Below are positions 1 to 7,603 of a stretch of 18,708 nucleotides of DNA, in pieces. The position numbers were made by a program, and so were the translations under genes. The stretch spans positions 1 to 18,708 of the forward strand of contig JAJISJ010000019.1 in the NCBI GenBank assembly GCA_022848765.1. Direction: 5' to 3'. The first letter of the stretch is position 1; each line of letters opens with the position of its first letter. This DNA comes from Thermoplasmatota archaeon. GTDB taxonomy: Archaea > Thermoplasmatota > E2 > DHVEG-1. The notes beneath the pieces were generated by a model. That model had not been told where the DNA came from, did not search any database, and was given only the letters and a program-made list of their open reading frames with translations.

Positions 1-83
1 CGTTCCAGTTCTCTCGCAAGCTGCTGTATCTCACTTGGATACGCTGACCTGTTGTATTCGATTGTACTAATGGCACTATCCAT
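1..83 (-). other. possible 5' end of an unidentified ORF running off the left edge (MDSAISTIEYNRSAYPSEIQQLARELE...)
   Basis: My own translation of the reverse complement of nt 1-83 gives an open frame from ATG (83..81) to the window edge. It lies in the ~50% GC segment that replaces the 3' end of carbamate kinase. Only 27 codons are visible and I recognise no family. Confidence 0.2.
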
Positions 84-774
84 CTTCTGTAGTTGTTTTA
101 ATAGCTCCAATTGACTCTGCAAGACATTCAGATGCTAAATCCTTATCTACAACAGCTTCAACTCCATCTAATTTTGAATTATTATTAACAACTGGCATTC
201 CTCCACCCCCTGCAGCAATAATAATAATATCTTCATCAACTAATTTTTTTATTATCTCTCCTTCAATTATTTTTATTGGATCGGGTGACGGTACTACAAT
301 ACGCCATCCATTAGTAATTTTTTTTACTTTGTATCCATCTTCAATAAGTTCTTTTGCTTCAAATTTGTTAAATAAAGGTCCTATTGGTTTTATTGGATTT
401 GAAAATGAAGAATCATTTTTATCAACTAAAACTTGTGTAATTAGTGTTACCACATCTTTTTCAATTTTTGATTTCATTAATTCATTGTACATGCATTGTT
501 GTATCATATAACCAATAAGTCCTTCACTTTCAGCAACACAAATTCCAAGAGGCATTGGTGGTAACTCATCTCTCGCTGCATTGTTTTGTAACAAAATTGA
601 ACCAACTTGGGGTCCATTACCATGGGTAATTACAACTTTGTAATTTTCCTTAATCATTTTTACAATTGATTCAGAAATTGTTCTTGTATTGGCAAATTGC
701 TCATAGATATTTCCTTTTTGATTTTTCTTTATTAATGCGTTTCCACCAAGTGCAATGATTACTTTTTTCTTCAT
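76..774 (-). CDS. arcC: carbamate kinase, 3'-truncated (about 225 homologous residues of an expected ~310)
   Basis: Carries MKKKVIIALGGNAL, THGNGPQVG, PMPLG..ESEG, KPIGP, WR.VVPSP.P, GGGGMPVV and VVDKDLAS, which are typical of carbamate kinase (amino-acid kinase fold). Similarity stops after ...LAESIGA near nt 100. The ORF then reads IKTTTEDG-stop instead of the usual ..ILTDV.. C-terminal domain. Confidence 0.85.
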   Translation of the reverse strand: MKKKVIIALGGNALIKKNQKGNIYEQFANTRTISESIVKMIKENYKVVITHGNGPQVGSILLQNNAARDELPPMPLGICVAESEGLIGYMIQQCMYNELMKSKIEKDVVTLITQVLVDKNDSSFSNPIKPIGPLFNKFEAKELIEDGYKVKKITNGWRIVVPSPDPIKIIEGEIIKKLVDEDIIIIAAGGGGMPVVNNNSKLDGVEAVVDKDLASECLAESIGAIKTTTEDG

Positions 775-895
775 TATTCTTGAATGAAATATTTAATCAT
801 ATAATAAATATAACCTTGCATACAAAATAATTAAAAAATATCTTTTACACCCTCTAACTTTTTATATTATTAACATTTAATATATTTGATATTAT

Positions 896-1537
896 ATGGA
901 TTTTTGTGATGAAAGAAGAAAATTAGTATCAAAATTAAAAAAAGAAGGAAGAATTAAAACGGTTGAAATTGAGCATGCTTTTTTAGAAATCCCTAGAGAA
1001 AAATTCATTCCAAAAAATCTAAATTATTATGCTTATTCTGATATTCCTCTTGAAATTGGAAATGGACAAACAATATCCGCGCCACATATGGTTGCAATTA
1101 TGTGTGAAGATTTAGATCTTAAAAAAGGACAAAAAATACTAGAAATTGGCTCTGGATCTGGTTATCATGCAGCAATAACGTCTAAGATAATTGGAAAAGA
1201 AGGACATGTCTTTTCTATCGAAAGAATATCAGTATTAGCGAATTTTGCAAAAAAAAATTTAATTGAAACAGGAATTACTAATGTAGATATAATAATAGGT
1301 GATGGTTCTATAGGTTTTCAAGAAAAGGCGCCCTATGACCGAATTTATGTAACTTGTGCTGCGCCAAGAATTCCTTCAATTCTTATTGAACAATTAAAAG
1401 ATCCTGGAAAGTTGATGGTGCCGATAGGAAATATTATTTGTGCTTTAAATTTATTAGAAAAAATAGGGGGGAAAACAATAATTAATAACCTTGGTGGATG
1501 TGCTTTTGTTCCAATGATAGGTGAAAATGGTTATTAA
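896..1537 (+). CDS. pcm: protein-L-isoaspartate O-methyltransferase
   Basis: 213 aa with QTISAPHMVA, the SAM-binding LEIGSGSGYHAA motif, and YDRIYVTCAAP..L..QLK.GG-like and PVG-like motifs typical of PCMT. A TATA-like tttttatatta sits ~30 nt upstream of the ATG. Confidence 0.9.
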   Translation: MDFCDERRKLVSKLKKEGRIKTVEIEHAFLEIPREKFIPKNLNYYAYSDIPLEIGNGQTISAPHMVAIMCEDLDLKKGQKILEIGSGSGYHAAITSKIIGKEGHVFSIERISVLANFAKKNLIETGITNVDIIIGDGSIGFQEKAPYDRIYVTCAAPRIPSILIEQLKDPGKLMVPIGNIICALNLLEKIGGKTIINNLGGCAFVPMIGENGY

Positions 1538-2037
1538 AGTTTATATCCAATATCTCTAAGAAAATCTTTTCTCCATTTAATATCTTCTTTATTTTCAACA
1601 CCTTTTGGTATAAATCCATCTATTACACCTAAAATTCCACGTCCAATTTCTTTTTCGTATGTAGATTCTGCAATTATAACTTTTGTTGGATTTGCAGTTG
1701 CACAAAATATTGAGCAAACTTCATAAACATTTTTTATTTTATTTAGAATATTTATAGGAAAACAATTTTTCATAAAAATTATAAAAGAATGTCCTGCTCC
1801 AATTTTTGATGCATTTTTTACAGCAAGTTTTTCTAATACTTTATCATTTCCTAAATATCTAATTTTACATGCTCCACTAGCTTCACAAAATGCTATTCCA
1901 AATTTTGCATTTGGGACAGAATTTATAATTGCTTCATATAAATCCTCTAGTGATTTAATAAAGTGAGTTTGACCTAAAATAAAATTCATCTCATCAGGTT
2001 TTTCAATTCCAACTACTTTCAAATTAAACTTAATCAA
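1534..2037 (-). CDS. adenosine-specific kinase family protein (PF04008/DUF355-like)
   Basis: 167 aa with FGIAFCEASG, GAGHSFII and CATANP segments that I recall from the small archaeal adenosine-specific kinase family. GGAGGTG lies 6 nt upstream of the ATG. The family call is from memory only. Confidence 0.6.
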   Translation of the reverse strand: MIKFNLKVVGIEKPDEMNFILGQTHFIKSLEDLYEAIINSVPNAKFGIAFCEASGACKIRYLGNDKVLEKLAVKNASKIGAGHSFIIFMKNCFPINILNKIKNVYEVCSIFCATANPTKVIIAESTYEKEIGRGILGVIDGFIPKGVENKEDIKWRKDFLRDIGYKL

Positions 2038-2165
2038 TTAGACACCTCCATAATTAGATTTAAGATAGTACTTTCCATATTAATATTATTTTTTATTTAA
2101 GAATAAGTATAATAAAAAATTAACATAATTTTTAAATTTTAAAAAATAAATAATTGATAAAAAAG

Positions 2166-2348
2166 TTATTTTTTAGCGTAATATTTACTCCATCTAACTC
2201 TTCTTGGAATTCTCTTTAATTTTAACATGTTTTTCTGGCATTTATTCTTACAAAAATTAAATACAGTACCATCTTTTTTTGCATATAATTTTCCTGTACC
2301 AGGTTCTATTTCATTTCCGCAAAACGAACAAGTTCTTCTCTCGACCAT
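2166..2348 (-). CDS. rpl24e: 50S ribosomal protein L24e
   Basis: MVERRTCSFCGNEIEPGTGKLYAKKDGTVFNFCKNKC zinc-ribbon followed by a basic tail. I moved the start to ATG 2348 because it is preceded by AGAGGA. The longer tracked ORF (to 2372) would overlap rps28e. Confidence 0.9.
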   Translation of the reverse strand: MVERRTCSFCGNEIEPGTGKLYAKKDGTVFNFCKNKCQKNMLKLKRIPRRVRWSKYYAKK

Positions 2349-2358
2349 GAATATTCCT

Positions 2359-2568
2359 CTATCTTGGCCCACCTATACTTTTTGCTTCTCTTTGTGTTTC
2401 ACTAAGCATTAGTATATCACCAAGTTGAATAGGGCCCATAACATTTCTTGTAATTATTTTGCCTTTATCTAAACCTTCTAAAACTCGCACCTTAACCTGG
2501 CATGCTTCTCCAGCCATACCTGTTCTACTTATTATTTCAACTATTTCACAAGGAGTTCCTTCTACCAT
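2359..2568 (-). CDS. rps28e: 30S ribosomal protein S28e
   Basis: 69 aa; [58 protein letters not shown] is a canonical S28e sequence. It sits in the conserved rpl7ae-rps28e-rpl24e order. Confidence 0.95.
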   Translation of the reverse strand: MVEGTPCEIVEIISRTGMAGEACQVKVRVLEGLDKGKIITRNVMGPIQLGDILMLSETQREAKSIGGPR

Positions 2569-2577
2569 TTTTTAACC

Positions 2578-2943
2578 CTATTTCTTCAATTCATCTAATT
2601 TTTTTGTAATGGTTTCAATTCCTGTTTTATTTTTTCCAGAATCAATAATTGCAACAGCTGAAGTACCTACTAATAAACCTGCTGAATTACCTAATTCCTG
2701 TTTACTTGGAACGTATGCATAAGGAATATTTTTTTCTTCACATAATATGGGCATGTGTACAAGTACTTCCTCTGGTGTGACATCTTCAGCCATAACAACA
2801 AGTTTTGCTTGTCCTCTTTCCACTTGTTTTGTAACTTCATTTGCACCTTTACTTACTTTTCCATTATCTCTAGCTTTTTCAACAATATCATAGGCTAAAT
2901 CCTGGACTTCTTTATTTGTTTTAAATTTAACATATATTGGCAA
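2578..2943 (-). CDS. rpl7ae: 50S ribosomal protein L7Ae (K-turn binding protein)
   Basis: 121 aa; KGANEVTKQVERGQAKLVVMAEDVTPEEVLVHMPILCEEKNIPYAYVPSKQELG is canonical L7Ae. The start codon is TTG (2943..2941), with GGAGG 9 nt upstream. Confidence 0.95.
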   Translation of the reverse strand: MPIYVKFKTNKEVQDLAYDIVEKARDNGKVSKGANEVTKQVERGQAKLVVMAEDVTPEEVLVHMPILCEEKNIPYAYVPSKQELGNSAGLLVGTSAVAIIDSGKNKTGIETITKKLDELKK

Positions 2944-2949
2944 TTTTTT

Positions 2950-3009
2950 AGCCTCCTTTTGAAGCTTTCACGGATACATTCCCTTAAGAAAATGTAAAGG
3001 AGGGAATGT
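2950..3009 (-). promoter_or_regulatory. structured rpl7ae leader/promoter: a hairpin that sequesters the Shine-Dalgarno (SD) sequence, plus a 9-bp perfect inverted repeat
   Basis: On the minus-strand RNA, AGCUUC (2966..2961) pairs with GAGGCU (2955..2950), which contains the SD, across an AAAAG loop. Upstream, ACAUUCCCU (3009..3001) pairs with AGGGAAUGU (2984..2976) across 16 nt. A TATA-like TTTATATA lies at ~3015-3022. Confidence 0.3.
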
Positions 3010-3066
3010 GGGAGTTATATAAAAACCTTTTTCAGTGTTTTATGATTATAATATAATAATTTGAAA

Positions 3067-4185
3067 TCATATTGGTAATGGAATTTTTTCCACTTCCAGT
3101 CCATCTGCAGTTGGATATTCTTCTATTAAAAAGGAAAACAAACCTTGATCTATTAGTTTTGCTGCAATTTCATTTAGCTCTAAAATTTTCATCTCAATTC
3201 TGTTTTTATCAAAATTTATGTAAATTTTTTTATTTTCAATTTTGAAATCATATATTAATTTTTTATATATCATTTTTAAAGTAATATTATTCTGCGGATA
3301 AATAATACCTTTAATCAAGGTTCCTTCATTACTAATAATTTCATGTGTTTTAACAATATTTTTTGCTCTTCGAATAATTCTATTGGCCAATTGAACACCA
3401 TCTTTAAATGAGCATGAACAATAATGAACTCCAGTTTTATAATCCTGTTCAGAAATTATTGATAAAATATCATATGCAATATCTTCACTACCTTTAATAG
3501 ATGATGAATTATCGTCTTTACTTTGATAATTTTTTAAGAAAAAATTTTTAGCATTACGTTCGGAAAATTCAAGTTCATTAATATTTATCCATTTAATATT
3601 ATTTATATTACACCAATTAATTAAAGACAATATTTCATTCTTCATTTTAGGAATTGAAGGTATTTCAATTGCTACATCAACATCCTTGTTAACTACATCT
3701 TTAATAATTTTTGATATTGGACTTTTATCCATATTTTTCCAATCAGTTAGTGAAGGATGAAATCTAATTTCATCAAGACCTGCAGATATGAAATCATCTA
3801 TATATTTATCATTTTTATTAGCTTTTGTATATAAATGAATATGAAAATTTGAACCAAATTCATCTTTTAATAATGATATATACTTTTTTGTTCTTTTCCA
3901 AACAATTAAAGGGTCTCCCCCCGTTATTCCTGCACCTGTTGCTTGTATATATTTTGCTTCTTGAATTATTTTTTCTGTATCATTTTCATCTTTTAATTCC
4001 CATTCATCTGCAAAAATTCTGTCTCTCCCTCCTTTATCAAAACTTATAGGGCAATAAAAACAATCAAAAGAACAAATGCCTGTTACTAGTAGAACCATCT
4101 TAGAACCTTTTGAACACATACTACATGCGGGAGAAAGAGGTTTGATGTATTTACTATCATTTAACCAATCATTTATTTTTACCAT
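3067..4185 (-). CDS. radical SAM protein (pyruvate formate-lyase activase-related, COG2108-like), function unknown
   Basis: 372 aa with CSFDCFYC (the CxxxCxxC [4Fe-4S]/SAM cluster motif) and a GITGGDPL SAM-binding glycine motif. It lies 10 nt downstream of radB on the same strand. Confidence 0.75.
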   Translation of the reverse strand: MVKINDWLNDSKYIKPLSPACSMCSKGSKMVLLVTGICSFDCFYCPISFDKGGRDRIFADEWELKDENDTEKIIQEAKYIQATGAGITGGDPLIVWKRTKKYISLLKDEFGSNFHIHLYTKANKNDKYIDDFISAGLDEIRFHPSLTDWKNMDKSPISKIIKDVVNKDVDVAIEIPSIPKMKNEILSLINWCNINNIKWININELEFSERNAKNFFLKNYQSKDDNSSSIKGSEDIAYDILSIISEQDYKTGVHYCSCSFKDGVQLANRIIRRAKNIVKTHEIISNEGTLIKGIIYPQNNITLKMIYKKLIYDFKIENKKIYINFDKNRIEMKILELNEIAAKLIDQGLFSFLIEEYPTADGLEVEKIPLPI

Positions 4186-4195
4186 TTTTTTTTAA

Positions 4196-4849
4196 TTATT
4201 CCAAACCTTTTTGTGTAATTTTGAAAATTCCCTTTTTTTCTTCTGGTTCTGATCGATGTTTTATTATTGTTGCTTGTCTTATTCCAATATCCAATTTTTC
4301 AAGTTTAATACTTGTTTTTATCATATGTTCTGTATCTCTATTGGTAAAAGGTTTAATAATACCATTTTTATCTGTATATACTTGTTCAACAATAATTGCA
4401 TAAATTTTTTTTTCTCTAGATGTGATTTGTAAATTTGCTATTTGTCTAGTGAAAGATCGCATTGAACCTTCTTTATCATCTTCAAGATTGATCCTATAAA
4501 AAAGATTTATAGTATCTACTATTATTAAACCAAGATCTTTTATTTTAATGGCTTCTTTTATCATCAACTCTTGTTCTTCAATCGAAGTTGGATTAAAAAA
4601 AATTATCCTAGAAAGAATATCTTTATAATTATAATCTGAGCAAATTTGAATTAATCTTTCAAGGGATACACCTTCGCTATCTATATATGCTACTTTTTTT
4701 CCAATATTTGCACATTCCCTTGAAGCCTGCAAACATAAATTTGTTTTACCACTGCCTGCTTCCCCATATATTTTTGTAATAATATTATTTTCAAATCCCC
4801 CATTTAAAAGAAGATCTAAAGATTTACATTTAATTTCTAAATGTTTCAT
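4196..4849 (-). CDS. radB: DNA repair and recombination protein RadB
   Basis: 217 aa RecA/RadA-core-only protein with Walker A GEAGSGKT and Walker B-like LIIVDT. It lacks the N-terminal HhH domain found in RadA, and its length fits RadB. Confidence 0.85.
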   Translation of the reverse strand: MKHLEIKCKSLDLLLNGGFENNIITKIYGEAGSGKTNLCLQASRECANIGKKVAYIDSEGVSLERLIQICSDYNYKDILSRIIFFNPTSIEEQELMIKEAIKIKDLGLIIVDTINLFYRINLEDDKEGSMRSFTRQIANLQITSREKKIYAIIVEQVYTDKNGIIKPFTNRDTEHMIKTSIKLEKLDIGIRQATIIKHRSEPEEKKGIFKITQKGLE

Positions 4850-4912
4850 TTTAATCTAGTCAGTATTATTTAGAATAAAAAGGTTTTTGATTTTTGATGG
4901 AATACAACTAAT

Positions 4913-5833
4913 CTATAATATTTTTAACTTTGATTTTAATGTACAAACTTTGCAAATTTCTTGTGATGTAGGTTCTGTACATCTAATGCAACTATTTAAT
5001 TCAGTAGGGGGATAACTTTTTGTTAATAAATTTTTAATGTTATCATAACTTTTAATAATACTATGTCTTGTACCCGGATTTTTATATTCAAGAGTATTAA
5101 TAATATCTCGAAAAACGCCTCTATATGCATTAATCGCATATGGGCATTCTCCATCGTGATATGATATTTTTTGTAATAGTGCATATAGTGTAATTTCTTT
5201 TTCTGGGATCAGTCGTAAAGGCATCATTCTTGGAACTAATCCCGGTTGAATTTTCATATGTGGTCCTAGTCTTGCTAATTTTTTTATATCTCCATTAACA
5301 AAATTCATCATTATTGATTGGGACATATCATCAAGATTATGTCCCATGATAAGTTTTGAAATTTTCAATTTTTTTGATATATTGTTCAAGCATAATCTTC
5401 TAAAAACACCACAATAGCTACAATAACCTATATCATTTTCAGAATGGGCAATTTCATCCATTGTTTTTCCAATTATTTTTTTAAAACTGATTATTTTATA
5501 TTCAATATCAAGTTTTTTGGAATTTTCAAAAACATAATTAATACTATTATTCCGATAATTTTTTATTCCTTCATCTATAGTAAGCACAATCATTTCGATA
5601 TTTTTTCTTTTTGAAAAAATTTTATTTATTAAATGAAGTACAACAATACTATCTTTTCCTCCTGAAACTGCAATACCAATTTTCGTGTTATTTTGTAATT
5701 TTCCTTGCTTATTTATCTCTTTCTTCACTCTTTTTTCCAAATATTGTATGAAATGGTCTTTACAAAGATGGGTTCCATTGTATCTTATATAGGTTACAGC
5801 AGGATTATTACATTTGCTACAAATAATTTTCAT
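4913..5833 (-). CDS. tRNA 2-thiouridine synthetase, TtuA/Ncs6 (NcsA) family PP-loop ATPase
   Basis: PP-loop SGGKDS, an N-terminal CSKC..CKDH zinc finger, central CSYCGVFRR, and a C-terminal CIRC..CKVC zinc finger. I prefer the start at ATG 5833 (MKIICSKC) because it has an AGGT 8 nt upstream and a TATA-like element ~28 nt upstream. The tracked ORF extends to 5851. Confidence 0.8.
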   Translation of the reverse strand: MKIICSKCNNPAVTYIRYNGTHLCKDHFIQYLEKRVKKEINKQGKLQNNTKIGIAVSGGKDSIVVLHLINKIFSKRKNIEMIVLTIDEGIKNYRNNSINYVFENSKKLDIEYKIISFKKIIGKTMDEIAHSENDIGYCSYCGVFRRLCLNNISKKLKISKLIMGHNLDDMSQSIMMNFVNGDIKKLARLGPHMKIQPGLVPRMMPLRLIPEKEITLYALLQKISYHDGECPYAINAYRGVFRDIINTLEYKNPGTRHSIIKSYDNIKNLLTKSYPPTELNSCIRCTEPTSQEICKVCTLKSKLKIL

Positions 5834-6004
5834 CAGAATACCTAATGTCATTTAAATAATATACTTTAAGGTTAATTTTTTCCCTTTAATAGTTTTTTAG
5901 TAATATTTTTTATAAAAAATTAAAAAAATATTTTTTAGAAAGTTATATTAAATCAAATTTGAATTATGATGAAAAAGAGGTTAATATCTATACAACACAT
6001 ATGG

Positions 6005-6065
6005 AAATATCCAATATAATTTAAATTAAATAAATATTTAATTTATATATGTAATTTGGATATTT
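6005..6065. promoter_or_regulatory. nested inverted repeats overlapping the hutH promoter (candidate operator)
   Basis: The outer 10-bp arms are aaatatccaa (6005-6014) and ttggatattt (6056-6065). The inner 10-bp arms are aaattaaata (6023-6032) and tatttaattt (6035-6044). The two pairs are nearly concentric. A TATA-like tttatatat lies at 6042-6050, and the hutH ATG is at 6080. Confidence 0.3.
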
Positions 6066-6079
6066 ATTGAGGGTTAATT

Positions 6080-7603
6080 ATGACAATTATCATTAGCGGG
6101 GAAGGATTGACAATAGAAAAATTAGTTAAAGTTGCTCGATATAAGGAGAAAGTGAAGATCCATCCTGAATCTATTAAAAAAATTAAAAAATGTAGATTAA
6201 TGCTTGAGGAAAAAATAAACGCTCGAGAAATAATGTATGGTGTTAATACTGGAATCGGAGAATTTTCTGAAATTGTTCTTGATAGTAAAAAATTAAAAGA
6301 TTTTCAAAAATATCTAGTTTATAATCATGCTGCAGGTATAGGTGAGGCAGCTCCATTAGAATATGTTAGAGGGGCTATATTAAGTAGAATTAATGTACAT
6401 GCTCATGGGAATTCGGGATGTAGATTAGAAATAACAAATACTTTAAGGGAGATGTTAAATAAAAATGTTACACCTTTTGTATGCCAAAAAGGTTCAGTTG
6501 GTGCCTGTGGTGATTTGGCACCAATGTCTCAAATTGCTCTTTTAATGATGGGTGAAGGGGAAGCGTTTTATAAGGATAAACTGATGGAAGGTAAAGAGGC
6601 AATGGATAAAGCAAGGATAAAAATTCCGGGTCTTGAACCTCGAGATGGATTATCAATTATTAATGGGTCAAATTTGTTAACCGCAATGAGTGCTATTTTT
6701 TTATATGATGCAAATAATTGGTTAAAACAAGCGGAAATTGCTGCGGCGATGTCTCTTGAAGCTTTAAAGGCAAATATGAATCCTTATACAACAAAATTAC
6801 ATAAAGCTAGAGGATTTAAAGGTGCGATTAGGAGTGCAAAAGCAATAAATAATTTAATTAAAGAGGGGGATCTATATAAAAGAAAAATAAAATGTAAAAT
6901 TCAGGATGCCTACTCAATGAGATCAACTCCACAGGTCATTGGAACTGCTCATGATGCATTAAAATATGCAAGATCCCAAGTTGAGATTGAGTTAAATGGA
7001 GTAGGGGATAATCCAATTTTTTTCCCAAACGAAAATTTGCAATTGTCTGGTGCAAATTTTCAAGGAACCCCTGTATCTTTACCTATGGATATGGCGGGTA
7101 TTGCTATTACAATGGTAAGTGTAATGTCTGAAAGAAGATTAAATAGATTAAATAATCCAGCTTTGAATGTTGGTTTACCATCTTTTCTAACTAGAGGTGC
7201 TGGAATATTTTCGGGTTTAATGTTGAGTCAATATACGGCTGATATGCAGGTTGTTGAGCAACGAATATTATCAGCACCTGCTTCAATACAATCAATACCA
7301 GCCGCTGCAGATCAAGAAGATTTTGTATCAATGGGTATGAATACTGCAATAAAAAATTTTCAGATACTTGATAATGCATATGGTATTTTAGGAATTGAAT
7401 TAATGGCTGCAGCTCAAGCTCTTGATTTTAGAGATTATAATTTTGGAGAAGGGGTGTCGAAAGCAAAGGAAATAATACGAAGATATGTTAAATTTTTAGA
7501 TATTGACCGACCATTATACAAAGATCATACGAATATGAAAAAATTAGTAAAATCTTGTGAAATTTTAAATGAAGTTGAAAAAATTGTTGGAAGTCTTGAA
7601 TAA
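6080..7603 (+). CDS. hutH: histidine ammonia-lyase (MIO-dependent), with an Ala-Cys-Gly triad
   Basis: 507 aa with YGVNTG.G, NHAAG, GSVGACGDLAP (normally GSVGASGDLAP), INGS, QDAYSMRS.PQV, GDNP, SG.NF.G and DQEDFVSMG. GAGGG lies 7 nt upstream of the ATG. Confidence 0.9.
   Translation: MTIIISGEGLTIEKLVKVARYKEKVKIHPESIKKIKKCRLMLEEKINAREIMYGVNTGIGEFSEIVLDSKKLKDFQKYLVYNHAAGIGEAAPLEYVRGAILSRINVHAHGNSGCRLEITNTLREMLNKNVTPFVCQKGSVGACGDLAPMSQIALLMMGEGEAFYKDKLMEGKEAMDKARIKIPGLEPRDGLSIINGSNLLTAMSAIFLYDANNWLKQAEIAAAMSLEALKANMNPYTTKLHKARGFKGAIRSAKAINNLIKEGDLYKRKIKCKIQDAYSMRSTPQVIGTAHDALKYARSQVEIELNGVGDNPIFFPNENLQLSGANFQGTPVSLPMDMAGIAITMVSVMSERRLNRLNNPALNVGLPSFLTRGAGIFSGLMLSQYTADMQVVEQRILSAPASIQSIPAAADQEDFVSMGMNTAIKNFQILDNAYGILGIELMAAAQALDFRDYNFGEGVSKAKEIIRRYVKFLDIDRPLYKDHTNMKKLVKSCEILNEVEKIVGSLE

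Noticed and set aside
2944-3010. A canonical K-turn in the rpl7ae leader
   Set aside because: There is a GUGAA segment, but I could not find the complementary C-helix strand or the second GA needed for tandem sheared G:A pairs. I report only the hairpins, as a hypothesis.
5966-6019. 17-codon upstream ORF (MMKKRLISIQHIWKYPI) in the ttuA-hutH divergent spacer, considered as a possible His-sensing leader peptide
   Set aside because: It has a single His codon, no RBS and no attenuator-like alternative structures. This is expected noise in a 228-nt AT-rich spacer.
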